From Callorhinchus milii (taxonomy: Eukaryota), in NCBI RefSeq assembly GCF_018977255.1, contig NW_024704750.1, forward strand, positions 8,184,001 to 8,248,000: a stretch of DNA of 64,000 nt. The letters are read 5' to 3'. The notes under the pieces were generated by a model. It made no database searches and was not told where the DNA came from. It was given only the letters and a program-made list of their open reading frames with translations. Below are positions 13,921 through 28,025 of the stretch, in pieces (the stretch's first letter is position 1; each line of letters begins with the position of its first letter). The position numbers were made by a program, and so were the translations under genes.

Positions 13921-15314
13921 ATGGCTGGCACTCACCCCCCCCCTCCACCCCATCTCCAACTCTACTTTGCGCCAATGCTTACTTTGAATTACAGGAGTAA
14001 CTTGTACATCCCACTCTTGTTGAATATCACTGTTTTCTGATTGAAACACCAAAGAGCTTAAACTAGAGGATTCAATTGCAATCAACAGTAGTAGATTAAT
14101 AAGCAAACTGAAGTAATTTTATCTTGATTTCCCTTTGTCCACACAGTTTTGTGCTCTTAAATGACAAGGGGGGAGGGGCGCTGATCTATAGTACAACTTG
14201 TTCACCAATCTAGCATGCCCTTGATTCTGAATACCATAGACTTGTTCTAAGCTTTTGGCTCAATGTACGAGACTACAATATTTTGCATAGAAATACTACT
14301 GGCATGAATCTTAAATCTTTGTGTACAAACTAGTTATTTAAAAAATGTGGAAATTATAATCGAATAACATTTTGGCATTTATTTTGTACATCATTTTTAT
14401 TTGGTCTGCTTGTTTTTGCTGCTTTGCACAATTGAATACAAATATTTACTGTGTGGTTTAATGCAACAACTTGATCCATGTAATCAATTTACTAACTCCA
14501 GTAGATAAATAATTCATTATAAGTAGCAGTTTGTAAATAACTAAAATGTTGTCTTAATTTCAGCATGGGATCTGTTGAGTTGAATCTCTACATTATACAA
14601 TGGCTAGAGAAGAATAACTCTGTCTAGTTGGAACAAACCTCTTTGGTCCCATTTAGGGATGTTCACTTAGGTGCTTGCATACTGATGTTCAGGGTTAGCT
14701 GTGTATTCTGTGTTCCTGACTGGTCTTGTATTGTACAAGTGGGTAATTGAGAAAAGAAATCATGAGACTCTGTTAATTATCATATTTCATTGATAATTTC
14801 TGAAACATTTATAGCGCCAGCAACCATGGAAGTGTACTGTAGTGTTCTCTTTGTGCAGTACCAATCCTAAAGCAAATGCTTTGTGTTGCTGGGCATTAAA
14901 CTTATTCATTTGTGCATGCAGTAGGGTTAGAAGGTAAGTGAAAATGTGTACATGCATGACAGTTTTGTGTTTAGAACAAACTAATGACTCACATCAAAAT
15001 TGAATTTATGTTTATTGTAAACTTAATGTAAAATATATTCCCATAAGAGCAAGGGTCATGCGAGGAAAAATAGACCTGCAAGTGTGTTTAAGTGCATGTT
15101 TTAGCTGTTTGACACATCTTCCTGTATTTAAATAGTATCTAATTGTTTTGAATTTACCCGTGTACATTGTTTATTTACCCGTGTTCAGTAAAGATCTTTA
15201 GCTGACTTGTATTGCAAATGATACTGTTGTGTCCAAGTTTATGCAGTAACATTTTTTCCATTATGCTTTAACAAAAAAATCCATATTCTTCTGAATCTTC
15301 CAGTTGAGTTATCC

Positions 15315-15847
15315 CTCTTTTGCTCTGTTCCCCAGCTCCACTATTCAAAAAAAAATACAACTCATTCAGATCTCTGCTGCCTGCAGTCTCACCTGGATCA
15401 AACTCTGTACCCCCACCTCACCAGTTCCAGCCAGGCTCCACTGGCTCCCCGTCACTGAATGGATCGACTTCAAGATCCGCACACTCGAGTTCAAATCGCT
15501 TCACTCCCTGGCACTTCCCTACCTCTCCAACTTCCTCACTCCCCAATCTACCACCCAGCACCTCCACTCGACTGGCACCAGCCTCCTGCTTGTCCCTCGC
15601 ATCCTCCTCTCCACTATTGGAGGTCACGGTTTCAGCCACTACGCCCTGAAACTTTGGAACACTCTCCCTCAATCCCTCCACCTTGCCCCCTCGCTCCCCT
15701 TTTTCATTCCCACCTTAAAACCTTCCTTTTTGAACTGCTAACGGTCACCTCCCCCACCCCAGCTTGGAGTCCGGCTCCGCCATTGTTAAACGCTCTGAGA
15801 TGCTGCCATGGGTGGAGGGCGCTATCTAAGTGCAAGTTGCTACTGTT
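15315..15847 (+). mobile_element. L2-clade LINE 3' fragment
   Basis: PVPARLHWLPV...IDFKI...PYLS...LLLVPR...IGGHGFS...LWNTLP matches the L2 ORF2 C-terminus; 3' tail GGGCGCTATCTAAGTGCAAGTTG. Confidence 0.9.
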
Positions 15848-16992
15848 CTGATTAAAGCACTTAACGTATAAAACAGCAAACGCCTATATACCATAAGTAA
15901 ATAGTAAAGGTTCCCAGATAGTTTTCTTACCTCCTTCCTCTTCATTCCTCTCGTAGAGTAAGTTTGTAACATTTCCAGCTCAAACGTTTCCCATACATGA
16001 TATTTACCGATTGTCAATCAATGTGTATATCCAACACCATCCTTATTTTCATATTCCTTGACTGCTTATCAAAAGCATTAATAGCCCTTGGGGAAAATGT
16101 TTTCAAATACTTTCTGAAAATTCTATTCATTTAATGTTGACTGCACTTCCCTTATCCACCTACTAATATCTTGGAGAGATACAAATAGATGAGTTGAGAC
16201 TTGACATCCGTTTCCTGCAATAATTCTGACTGTCTTTCAAAACATTGTTCTTCCAGTTAACCTACAAATCACTTGGTTGTTTCTCAATGTTTTCTTTCAG
16301 CTGATTTTAAATTTACAGATTTACATTAATGTATTTGACGTAGAATTGCGTTACCAAGTCATAATCCTCAGTAATCTCTCTAAATGGAGTAGACTTCTAG
16401 GAATGCACTTAAGGCTTCAGTTTTTTCGTTACTTGTTAAATTTTGAAAGTTTTGGGAAGGAAATAAATGATTTTATTCTGATCACTGATGTCGCTCAGTA
16501 AAATCTTCTTACTTGACAATTAATAGTAGTATTTCAACAGCCAATCATATTTGATCTAAGGGTAAACAAATTAAGTAAATTCTGGATGTGTGAATGGTAC
16601 CAATATATTTTAACCCATATTAACATTGTTCAGTAGCGTTAAGTGCACCTATAAGCTAAAGACAAAGTTTATGTACTGTAGTTCCATTTGCCAATGACTG
16701 AACCATTGTTTTGAGTAATAATGTCACAGATGTTTTTGTTAGTTTCCACAGGTGAGGGAGGCATTAATCTACCCATTTCTAATGTCGTGTGTAACTTTCC
16801 AATAAAATTATAATCTTAGGTGAGCAGAAATCCTCATATCCTGACCTACTATCGATGAGTGAGTTTACAGGCATATAAATTTAATAAAGGGAATATATGT
16901 GTTTAAGCCTCGTATTTAGTAGGATTATGGCTTTTGGACCTTGTTGCTTAATCGCTTTCAATAACTATTTTATATTGCAATATGTTTTCTAG

Positions 16993-17256
16993 TTCTCTCA
17001 GGCCAGACACACCACAGTCCTCTGAAGCGTTCAGTGTCTCTTACCCCACCAATCAATGTGCCAAATCAGCCTCTAGGTCATGGATGGATGTCCCATGAAG
17101 ACCTGCGAGGAAGGGGGCCTCAATGTATCCCATCAGACCATGCTCCCCTTTCCCCACAGAGCAGTGTTGCTTCCTCGGGTAGTGGTGGGAGTGAGCATCT
17201 TGAAGATCAACCAGTGTCCCGTAACACATTCCAAGAAGAGGGCAGTGGCATGAAAG
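16993..17256 (+). CDS. SAMD4A: SAMD4A exon 4 equivalent (264 nt, symmetric phase 1-1)
   Basis: ttttctAG acceptor and G|GTGGGT donor; [20 protein letters not shown]...[22 protein letters not shown]...[12 protein letters not shown]. Confidence 0.95.
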
Positions 17257-18726
17257 GTGGGTAATTATTAGAATGGTATTCACTAGTTTAAAGGAAATTA
17301 AAATGCAAAGCAACTAGTGTAGTGGATAGTGAGGATATCTGGTTACTCTATATTGTAACCTTACTGATGATTTGATGGGCACAAATACTATGAGCCTGTG
17401 CTACTATGCTTTTCATCATTAACTTCTTAATGACCTGTATTCTGTTTTTTTTAAAAACTAAAATCTAGTTTTAGATTTATTTTCAGGAATATAAATTTAT
17501 ATTCCAGAAACAAAATCATTTTGTTTCCTGAAATTCATCAGCACTTCAGCTTAATCAAAATTTTAAATTTAGTGTTTTGAATAAAATCCAGAATGGATTA
17601 TGTGGCAATGGAGAAGATTAGTAATTGATTTTGTACTCTGTTCCTAATGATACTGATTCTCCATTCTTACTGATATGCAGCAGCACGTGCTGTATTATTT
17701 GTTCCTATCAGTTGTAGAACAAAGGGAAGCTGTTTTAATTTGTCAGAGAGTCTGTATTGATGTCCAACTACAGAGGAGTGGGAGAGAGGAAATTGCATGC
17801 TTAACTGCTCAGAAAGAACATTGCAAAATAAGCAGGTGAAATATACAAAACATTTATGATAACCTATGGAAAATCAATAGGACACTCCGAATCCCAGTAT
17901 TTTACTACCCTATGTTGTTTAAAGTCCTCCCAATAGCATGTAATAACGTGTTATTAATATGTGATGTTGGCTTATTGTGACATAAATATTTGTTGCAGAC
18001 TATTTGGAATTTTTTTGATATTGAATAGTAAATTAGCATTGAATACCTGCAGACTGGCATAAGGAAATGCTGCATATGTGCTAAATTTCCCCCAAACCAA
18101 GCATTCTACTCAATCTGTTGCCATCGGAAAGGCACGACTGAGAAACCTTGTTGAAAACAATCAATGTAAGGACCAATTTTCAAAGAAAAATCCCTGAGTG
18201 ATTTATTTGTTGGTGTGTGTGTGTTTGCATGCGTGTGAAAGAGAAAACTGTTGCTTTGTCAGAAGTGGATTTCTCACCATGAAGCTCCATTTGAGAGTGA
18301 AGATTGTTTCATGAGATCTACTTGTTGCAATTAATTTTTATACTAAGCTGTATGTGAGAAAGAGGTATAAAGAACTCTCAATTTAGAAAGGAATTCCAGC
18401 CTGAAAAATCAAAGCTATTTTATGAGTATTGAGCTGTCCAAACAGTTAAAATACCATTTGCCTTTATCTTGATTCTATCTATTTATCTTGAATATTGTGC
18501 CATTATTGGGTACATTTTATTGTAAAGGTGATATTCATTTCATCTTTAAACATCAGATCTGTGTGGTAACTTCCACCATTTTTGAAGTTTCTTTTTTAGC
18601 AAACTGTCGTGAATTAACTTAAAGTCCAATGCATTGATGGATAATTATGGGGTAATTGTTAACTCCTTGGTTATTCCCGCAGCAGAGGTAATACACCTAG
18701 TGTATGTTCCATAAGGTTTGTGTATT

Positions 18727-18971
18727 ATAATAATAATCCTTGCATTTGATATAGCGCTTTTCTCGTCTTCTAGACATCTCAAAGCGCTTCACAGAGTGAA
18801 GTGAATTGACTAATTGTCGGCGAAACATGGCAGCCAATTGTGCACAGCAGTGGCCCACAAACAGTGGATTGAAGTGACAAATTTTATTATTGTTTTTTTT
18901 TCTTGAGGGATTATTATTAGGCATGTGGAGTGAGGAAACTTGCCCAAGGTTCCTGAGCCTCAGGACTCCAC
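18727..18971 (-). mobile_element. tRNA-SINE with most of the tRNA head deleted
   Basis: Tail and middle match the family; CCCAAGGTT joins directly to CTGAGCCTCAGGACTCCAC. Confidence 0.85.
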
Positions 18972-20987
18972 ATTGCAGTATTGCAGAATTTTAGTTATAA
19001 GAGGGCACTATTGACTACACGGATTTCTACTTGTTTGCCAAAAGTAAAAAGAAAATCAAGAAATACTACAGTTGAGTGAAATTATGTGTTCCTGGGAAAT
19101 TCGTTGAGTTTACTTTGGGAATGGTGAGACGAAAATGCTTTGGTGAAGTGATTTGCAAATCCAACACTTTATTCCAATATTTTGAAATACAGCACAATTT
19201 ACATTTATATAGTGCCTTTCACATCAGGAGGACATCTCAAAGCGCTTAGCACTGCTGGGTGGGAGCCGAAGGGAGTGGGGAGGGAAATATAATCAAACTT
19301 GCAGTCAAAGAAGTACGTATTGAGACGGACCTGAAATGTTTACAATGGCAGATGCTTATGTTTTGCATGGACTACTAAATGTGAGTTCTGTAATAGTTTT
19401 TGGAATGATAGTCATTTTAAGTCAAGTGGGTGCTTGTTTTTTACATAGGTCCAAGTGTAATAGATGGAAGCAAAAATTGAGAAGGTTGATGTTGAGTTGA
19501 GCCTATGAAAGATTTGTCACTAGACACGTTCAATGTAAAGACCAAGAGAGGTGGAAGGAAATGTTCTGTGGGCTGAGAAGAGGTTTGGCGTAACTGGAGT
19601 AGTGGCTAACATTGTGATTGCCACCGAAATTGAGGGCTGGATCAGGCATGTTGCCACTGTCTAAACCAGGACTGAAGCTGACGGAAACTGAAGCAACTTT
19701 AGATTGTTTGCCACTTTTTGATGACTGTTCTTTCAGCAATAATAAATTAATTCTGATTAAATCTCCAATTGGACCCAACCTTTATTCAATATATTTTGTG
19801 TGGAAACACTGTACAAGTGAAAGTCTAGTATCTGTTAAGCATTCAGTGTTGAATTGGTGATTTTAGCCACCAACTCAGAAGTGAGTTTTTCAACTACGAT
19901 TTGCATTTATATAGCACACTTCATGCATCACTTCACTCTGAGATGTTCTAAGCACATCTCAGAGTGCTTTATGGTGGAATTAAGATTTAACAACCTTTTT
20001 TAAAAAAAATTACAACCAACATAATATTTTGCAATTTGTTTGCATTACTGAAATATGTTCTGTTATGTGGGGGACCAGGCTGAACATTGTTGTTGCTAGC
20101 TACATTGATCGTAGATTTCTTCTTAGCCATCAGTCCAGGCCAAGTTTCAGAGGAAAATTGTGGGATGAGAGCATACCAGTTCACATCAGGAGCTCTAACT
20201 GTTGCAAAACCTGACTATTAAAGAATTTGGAATGTAAATTTCTCATCTTCAATAACTGTTCTCAACAACAACTGGCACTTATGTAGCACTCTCCACCCAG
20301 GGTAGCATCTCAGAGTGCTTAAGCAATTACAACAATTACATTCATGCACGTAGTGTGAGAGATTCCCAAAACAGACAAGCTATATAAATAATGGGTGTGT
20401 AATGCTGAAGCAATTGAGTGAGAAGAGAAAATAACTAGTCAGCCACTAAACTTGGCAGAATGGTAGGTAGATTACATGCAAGAATACTTGCAGGTGATCT
20501 GTCTGAAATGCACACTGACTAACAACCAATGGTTAATTCTGTTGCAATGCCTTCTAAAGAGGACAAGGTGTCCTCACCGGGTCTGAGTAATTCAGACACA
20601 ATGATGTTGCTTGACTTTTTTGTGTGTCAGAGATCAGATTATTTAGAGAGGAATATTTTCCATGTGTTTGCAACAGAAAATTTAAAGCAAACATGTATGT
20701 TTACAATAAGATATGTATGTAACAATATAATTGCAATCAAGTAACTTTGACTCAAAGTGAAGACTTCAAACAAAATGTGAGCAGTCTTAAAAACTGCAGA
20801 CCTTTCTGTCACTCTCACTGTTATGCTACCATTATTGGAACCATGTCTATGTTTAGTTCATCTGACATCTAGCACCATGAGTAGTGAAATTGACACTGTA
20901 GTTAACACTGGATGAAACATTTCTTCATTCCTTGGTTAAAAAATATTGAAGGATGGTATGGACATTTGTAAAGAATTATGATGAATC

Positions 20988-21069
20988 AACAACAAGAATA
21001 CATTTGTATAGCGCCTTTCAAGTCGAGAGGACGTCCCAAGGCGCTGGATGGACAATGTACAGCATTTCA
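20988..21069 (-). mobile_element. About 80-nt L2-tail element
   Basis: (TTG)n end, GCGCCTT..AAGGCGC hairpin, flanked by GAATC on both sides. Confidence 0.75.
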
Positions 21070-21349
21070 GAATCGTACGTTTTCAAGATCTCATCATTGG
21101 GTGTTAAGAGGTGAACTCTCCAGTTGAAGTTGATTCATACATTAGGTCTGGAGAGTCAGAGTTCATATTCAAAAATTTAGCTTTGAGCAATGTAAATTTT
21201 TAATTGCTTAACCCTGAACAGTGAGTACCGGTTACTTGATCCAATTACGTTCTGTTCTTTGTGGACCAATTGGATTATTAAAGTCCCATAATGTGCAGTG
21301 TGGCATTAAAACTGAAAAAGACTGGCAAGAGGTTTGTGAGAAACGTTCA

Positions 21350-21532
21350 TAGAGCCATTTTGGTTAAGGTTGCTTGAACATATTCAAGACTAAGATTGAT
21401 AAATTTCTTGTGGATTAAGGGATAAGGCGGGTAGGTGGAGTTAGAATAGATCAGCCATGATCTTATTGAATGGCGGGGCAGGCTCGAGGGGCCGAATGGC
21501 CTACTCCTGCTCCTAATTCTTATGTTCCTATG
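21350..21532 (+). mobile_element. CR1 (shark HER1-type) LINE 3' end
   Basis: GATCAGCCATGATCTTATTGAATGGCGGGGCAGGCTCGAGGGGCCGAATGGCCTACTCCTGCTCC followed by a TTCTTATGTTCCTATG terminal repeat. Confidence 0.85.
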
Positions 21533-23728
21533 TTGCGAAGAGTTATAGAAGAAATGTGGCTACATAGTTCAAACTGTATTTGGAGATTGTTGAGTGTCCA
21601 AATAATGCCAGCAGCACCCAGTTCAGACTGCCAGGCTAGAAAAAATGCACATTTTTGAATTGAATGAAGGTTTTCACCTTTGAGGTATTCATCCAACGTG
21701 AAACTGCTATGAGTGCAAGAAGTTGTTTGACCAGAAGCTTGAGGGTAAATTTTTTTTTCAAATAATGGTATGACACATTTAATGCAATATTGTCTATTTG
21801 AAATGATCTGCTCAAAAAAATCTTTTACATTGATATTCTAACTCTTCCTAGACCATTTGCACTAAATCCAATTCCTGTTTGGAACACAGTTGCATGTTTA
21901 GGTTCTGAATTCTGTACAGCCCTCTGTGCATATAACATTTTCTCTTTAGAAATATTTTTTCCTATACCATTCTTTTTACAAGGTGTCCCTGTGCAGTAGT
22001 TAATGGCAGAAATCCTAAGCAATGAATTTCTGCCATTAACCACTGCACAGAACAACTGAAAGAAGATGGAAACAGGGCAATAATGGGCACTATCAGCTAT
22101 TTGATGGCTTATAAAACTGTCAAGTATAAACATTTTCCAAGCCAGCAACAAACGCTGCTGGTATTGGATAGCGCTGATTTTTATGTCCATTTAATTACCG
22201 AATTACTATTTTAGTTTTTTAATATAAAAGGCTCGTTAACAGGTACCTGGAAAAAAATACTGAAAAAAAGCTAATATTTACAGGATATTTTATTGACAAA
22301 TTTTTATTCTAAAATAACTGTATTGCATCGGTTGAGTTGCATTCCATAAGTATTCAGTTTCTAAATATTATGGATTTATATAAAAATATCCTGTATTTTA
22401 TTGCTAAACATGGTACATCATTCAATGGTTTCACATTGTGATACTGGTGCAGATTTATAATTGATTTCTGAAACTTTGATATGACGTAAATGATTTATTG
22501 AACTGTGCACAAGTTGAAGGAAATCCATTCTAAAATAAAATGCTGCCAATAAGCACCATGTTTTCTGTATTGTATTATTCATTTAAGGCTCTGTGAAATT
22601 GTTTCATTGAATTTTTTCCAAAGTTAACTTATCCTTTTGGTGTAAAATCTGGGTTCTGCCATAGTAGTGTTGTACATCCACCAGAATGCAGAATGGTTGA
22701 TTGTTCTAGTTGTATGTCAAAAATTGCAGAATCTCAGATAATGCCTCCTATTGTGGCATCTGTTTTTAACTATAATTTGTTTTGGTGATGTGAATTCCAG
22801 TCATCATTAGAGAAGGTTTAGAATGCTGGTGAAGATCTGCAATCTGAACAAATTCAAGACTCATTTGAATGGATCAAGAAAATTCATTTTTGTGTTTCGC
22901 ATGCATATACGGAAGTCCTTGTTTTACATTTAGATCTGTTGATTATTCCTTTCACATTCTTCTAACTAGAGAAAATTAATTTGTTCAGATTTTCAAACTT
23001 CTCTTATCTGAGAATTGTTCCCTCTGGTAAAATCAGTAACCTTACTCATTCAAGCCTTTTGAGCTTGAGCAGCCATAAAAATCATAGGTCAGATGAACGC
23101 ACTAAAGATACTGAAGCTAAACTGCTGCAACAATTTCAGGATTTTACCCAAAGCAAATGTCACATTAAATGACTCATTGATAATCAAACAGAATATGTTA
23201 ATATTGGGAAGACTGAAAAGAAAATGGGGAAATATTCCCTCCCCTTCTTGCTGAATCACACTGCAGTTGTGTTCTCGTCACAAGAAGTTAAACTGGATGC
23301 TATAAAATCTGTTTCTTTTGCAGAGATCGGTTTGCTGCATACAATGGAATTTTGTATTCACAGATTGTGTCAATGCAGCATACAGCTCACAATCCACCAT
23401 GCATGTTGAAGAAAAATTATCTTGTTTGTTCTTCTGTTGAATAAAGTGATTTGTTTCCTAAAAATTTGGTTGGCTATTTTACCAGAACTAGTCAACATTT
23501 AGGTTCAGGCAGAAGGCTTTATGTACTGTTAACTTGAATGGAATGTTGTGCCAAAATCTGTGAACTTGGTGAAGTGTTACAGCTTCCTGTCGGCCAAAAA
23601 TCCTTGTATGAAGAACTCTGAAATAGTTAACAATTTCTAGAAATGTGATGATAACTGGAATTTTCTACATTAACTGTCTAACATTAAAATATTTGTTTTA
23701 GCCAACATTTCAATTATGAGTATGAATA

Positions 23729-23907
23729 CAGTGAAATTCTGATGACTCTTCATCTAATGAAAGGATCTCCAATGTGTACTTATCAGAGTCGACTAGTTAT
23801 CCAAAGTACAGTACTCGAAAGTCCAAAGTATTCAAAAAGCTGGGATAGTGAGTAAGTGACTAGTTATGTGGGGTTGACAACTTATCCCAGTTATCAGAGT
23901 TTCACTG
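23729..23907. mobile_element. Tigger/pogo-like MITE (179 bp)
   Basis: TA|CAGTGAAATTCTGATGACT ... AGTTATCAGAGTTTCACTG|TA: 19-bp terminal inverted repeats (2 mismatches) and a TA duplication. Confidence 0.85.
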
Positions 23908-24745
23908 TAACAGTGTACTAGCAATATTCACAGCTATGAGTTTAGAGAAAACCGCCAACATGCCACCCACATGGTAAGTTTGTGGTGGTGAGGAAGGGGA
24001 GAGGGTGCTCAAGAAAGAAATCCTAGTGGCTGATCAAATTGTTTTTTTTAAACTAAGATCTCTGAGCAGAAATTCAAACCAGGAGTGAGGGTTTTTGATA
24101 TGTAACACAGAAACAAAATATGGAATCTCAAATATCTTCATTGAAATATTTAGAGTAACTTTAATATTATGGTACACCCTGTAATTTTTTTTTACTGCTT
24201 TTCAGCTTTAGAGTAGTCCATTTTTCCCACAGTTGTGTGGTTAAAAGGGGATTCAACAGTGAATTTTAGATCTCCAGTCATTTTAAATTACTGCAAATTG
24301 CTCCAAGATCAGGGAGGGGAAATCAGACAGTATACCCACTCTTACTCACTATCCAGGGAAACTTATTGAAAGTTTGTGGGTAACGAATGAGCACTAGATT
24401 AGGCTCACCAAGCAAGGCTCGAATGTGTGAATAGGCTGTCACAGCTCCTGTTTGAATTTTGGGCAGTGTGTCAGCAGGGCACACCCATAAAACCATATAA
24501 TTAAGCCATGTTGCATTCACAAGATTTTTCACCCTTTGGAAACTGCAAGTGAATCCAATTAAACTTTCACCTGAAAGGCATTGTTCATGCCTGAGAACAA
24601 AGCAGCCAAGAGCCGTCATTAAGTCGCTTGACTTCTGTACTGCTGAACAGCAATGTATGTACACTCGTAACACTAGTGCAGGTACTACATGTTGCTTTTT
24701 ATTCTGGTTTCATATGTAGTCTGCAGGTATTGTTTTTTTCTGCAT

Positions 24746-25051
24746 ATAATAATCCTTGCATTTGATATAGCGCTTTTCACGTCGGGAGGACGTCCCAATG
24801 CGCTTCACGGAACACACTGTAAAGTGAATTGACTGTATATTTGTGGGAGAACCCGGCAACCAATTGCGCACAGCAATGTCCCACAAACAGTTGTAGATTG
24901 AAAATGACCAATTTAATTATTGTTTTTGGAGGGATTATTATTAGGCGTGTGGAGTAAGGAAACTTGCCCAAGGTTTCGCCCTGCCTGGAATTGAGCTCAG
25001 GTCTCTCACTTGCAAAGCGAGTGGTCTAACCACTGAGCTACAGGACTCCAC
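24746..25051 (-). mobile_element. Full-length tRNA-SINE, same family
   Basis: Reverse complement of the 40107 element. Confidence 0.92.
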
Positions 25052-25816
25052 ATGATATGTTTACAAGAATATACAGTTGAATTTTCATATGCTTTATATC
25101 CTATTTCATTGTAGGTTTTCTGTGTCTTGTTATTCCTCTTTCATTAAACTGTTTTCATATATTGGTAAATAATAAATCACTGACAACATATTTTAACATA
25201 ACCCAAAATACTGAGAAATAATGGAATTTTGTATCCTTAAAGAACATCAGGAAACGCATAATTTTGTGTGTTGCACAATGAACCAAGGGAACAAGTTGTA
25301 GCTCACCATTATTGAAACTGTAAGGCAGCAATGAATGATAGGACAATAGGATACATTGTCAAAGAGTTCAGATCCCCAAGTTGTGCTTAAGCAATCGTAC
25401 TCTGAGGAGTACTCCCTACATGGAGTACTGCGTACCCCACAAGTCATCACAGCGTAAAGAGTTTGCACAGATCTGAGAGACTGGTGTACGCCAAAGCTGA
25501 TTCCTGTTGGAGAAACTAAGCTGATCTTAAGTATTTGAGCGTTATACTATTTGGAATTGCTAAATAAGCTAATCCTTTAAGAGATGTCTCTAAAGGAGCC
25601 TTATTGAAGTACATGAGAGAATATTTTTCATATGAACCAGGGCAGCAGGACAAAGCGGTTATGAAGAGCAATTTTGGACAGACTCCAGTAGGAATTCATT
25701 AGACCAAGGGTAATTACAGCTGGAATGAGTTACTAAGAAAGAAGGTAAAGGTCTGGACATTGGAATGATTTCCTGCTGCTGTAGTGGAAAGACTTAGGGG
25801 ACAGTATTCTGGAACA

Positions 25817-26215
25817 TAATAATCCTCACATTTGATATTGTGCTTATCACTTCTCAAAGCAATTCATAGCATATACAGTAAAGTGTAAGTGAATGCAACA
25901 GCCAGTTTTGTGTGCAGCAATTTCCCACAAACAGGTATGACCAATTTTATTTAGGGGATTTGGGGCCAGATCACCGGGAGAAACTTCCCTTCTCAAGCCA
26001 TATAATAGGATCTTTAATGTCCACCTCAACAGGCAGGTGGGACATTAGTTTAACGTCTCATCTGAAGGACAGCAACAACAACAAGATTGCGTTTATAGAG
26101 CGCCTTTCACGGCGGGAGGACATCCCAAGGCACCTCCAATAATGCATCACACTTCCAACACTGCATTGTAGGGTTAGCAACATGGGGCTTGAGCCATGAC
26201 CTTCTGCTGGAACAA
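25817..26215 (-). mobile_element. Old DeuSINE (SacSINE1/AmnSINE1-like) with a nested L2 tail
   Basis: GGATCTTTAATGTCCACCT...GTTTAACGTCTCATCTGAAGGACAGCA[...]CCTCC resembles the reverse-complemented Deu domain as I recall it. Similar decayed copies lie near 6420-6670, 9780-9970, 44640-44790, 54280-54590 and 63810-64000. Confidence 0.7.
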
Positions 26216-27455
26216 AGGGGCCAAAGGGTTGTTTTCACCAAAATCTTTGACTTTCTTTGCAATTCTTATAAGTTAAATAAGACACCCATTGTATTTTAGA
26301 TCTGGTACGTGCATTTTGGAAGGAGAACTAGTTTTTCTGAATAGAAGTGTCCATTAAGAATTTCTTTCCTCTGGAAATAAAAGTTGGGTTCAGAGATCTC
26401 TAAATTTGTGCACTTAAACAATGGTTTGGAAGAGTATAGTACATTTAAAAAAAAACAGAATCTCCTATATCTTCAAAAAAAAACTGGTCATCATAGTGCG
26501 AGGCAGACTTAAGTATACAGTTTATGTACCACCTAAAGGAAGAATGCTTGTTAAGCCCTGAGATGTGTGTTTAGGTCAATCTTCCCTCTTTCTCCCCCCT
26601 CCCCCTGAATTATAGTACACAGTGTGGTGTTCCATTAAGTGGCCTAGCCAGGAACTGAGGAAAGCTGGCTGCTGATGACAGGCAGACTTGAGTAAAGTGG
26701 AGCCCTGGGATTTGAACATTGGCCCATATGTTTGGAAGGCAGATGTTCAACTGGGCTATATTCCAACATTGCCCCTTTTATACAAAAATCTGAATGAGAT
26801 CATCAGCAATGGAGAAAATATTCTGCATTTTCCATTTAGTTCTCTAAAAGATGACTTTTGCTTTGTTGAAAAAAAATCCTGTGAATGATGTTTTGCGCAT
26901 TAAATACAAGCATAGAACTAATGTATCAGAATATTGTATGATATTTCAATATTTGTTCTTTGGAATCTGATAATTGAAAACTTAATCCTGTTACTATCTT
27001 GCTTGCCACGTATTTAAATGCAGTGATCACCAGATGGCTATCCTCTTGGTTTCTAAACATGCTTGTTGTCAACACTTAAGAAAAGCTCGAGTTGACAAGA
27101 AACAAACTACCAGTTCAATGCAGACTGGCTGTTTTACCAACACAGGCAGAACCTTGCCTGTGATTGAAGACAGCCCAACTAGTTTGATTTTAAGTGAAAA
27201 AGGAATTGCTACAGATGAACTGCCTTGCAAAAGTTTGCTATGCTGGTTAAGGTAATTAGTCAGTGAAATTGCATGCAAAATGAAGTTCGTGCACCTAAAA
27301 TTTAAAGGCATGTTTCAGGTAACTGAGTTCTACTGAATATGTAACCATAGTCAATTTTTTTAAAAAAAGATGCGTGATAGGAAACTATTTGTTCTTATTG
27401 GAAATATCCCAGGTATCACAATTCCATTTAACTTTGGTAACATTTTTGATTACAG

Positions 27456-27565
27456 ATGTCCCAGCTTGGTTAAAAAGTTTGCGCCTCCATAAGTATGCAG
27501 CTTTGTTCTCCCAACTAACGTACGAAGAAATGATGGGACTTACAGAAGTACAGCTTGAGGCACAG
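27456..27565 (+). CDS. SAMD4A: SAMD4A exon 5 equivalent, first half of the SAM RNA-binding domain
   Basis: tacAG / CAG|GTATAT; [37 protein letters not shown] is the Smaug/Vts1 SAM signature. Confidence 0.97.
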
Positions 27566-28025
27566 GTATATTTTCAATGGGTGAATTTCTGAGTGGTTGA
27601 CTTCTTTAAAGGTTAATATTATAGAAAATTATTTTTTCTACTGAGCTTGAACATTCGTTTCAAATAAATTTTATCCAGTGGATACTCAAAGTTCCTCATT
27701 TGTCTGTCCCCCTTCCTAAAATATTGCAAAAGACAATTTCCCGTGCAGTGAAATTCATATAGTGCATAGTCAGCATTTTGTTTTTCTGTGTGTGTGTATA
27801 TTAAAGGCTGCATTTCAAGTCATGCTGTCCATATCAATCATCAGTAGCAGTATCTCAAATGTAAAAAATTGCTTAAATTGCCATTAAGTTGTTTTTGTAG
27901 AAAAAACAAGGTAGAATAAATGCATCTTGGTTCTGCCAGAACTTTTTAAAAATTATTTTGTGTCTTGAGTTGTAAAGTTTTTCTCAAATAATTTCAGGAA
28001 AGTTTGCTCTTATTCGTTTAACTCA

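Noticed and set aside
15304-15851. Overlapping ORFs as a novel gene
   Set aside because: Explained by a C-rich L2 ORF2 remnant.
22279-22395. 13-bp inverted repeat TACAGGATATTTT/AAAATATCCTGTA
   Set aside because: Short and AT-rich with no TSD; could be chance or an unrecognisable relic.
24777-24971. Recurrent MGKFPYSTRLIIIPPK ORFs (also 40189 and 44094)
   Set aside because: Translations of the SINE body, not a protein family.
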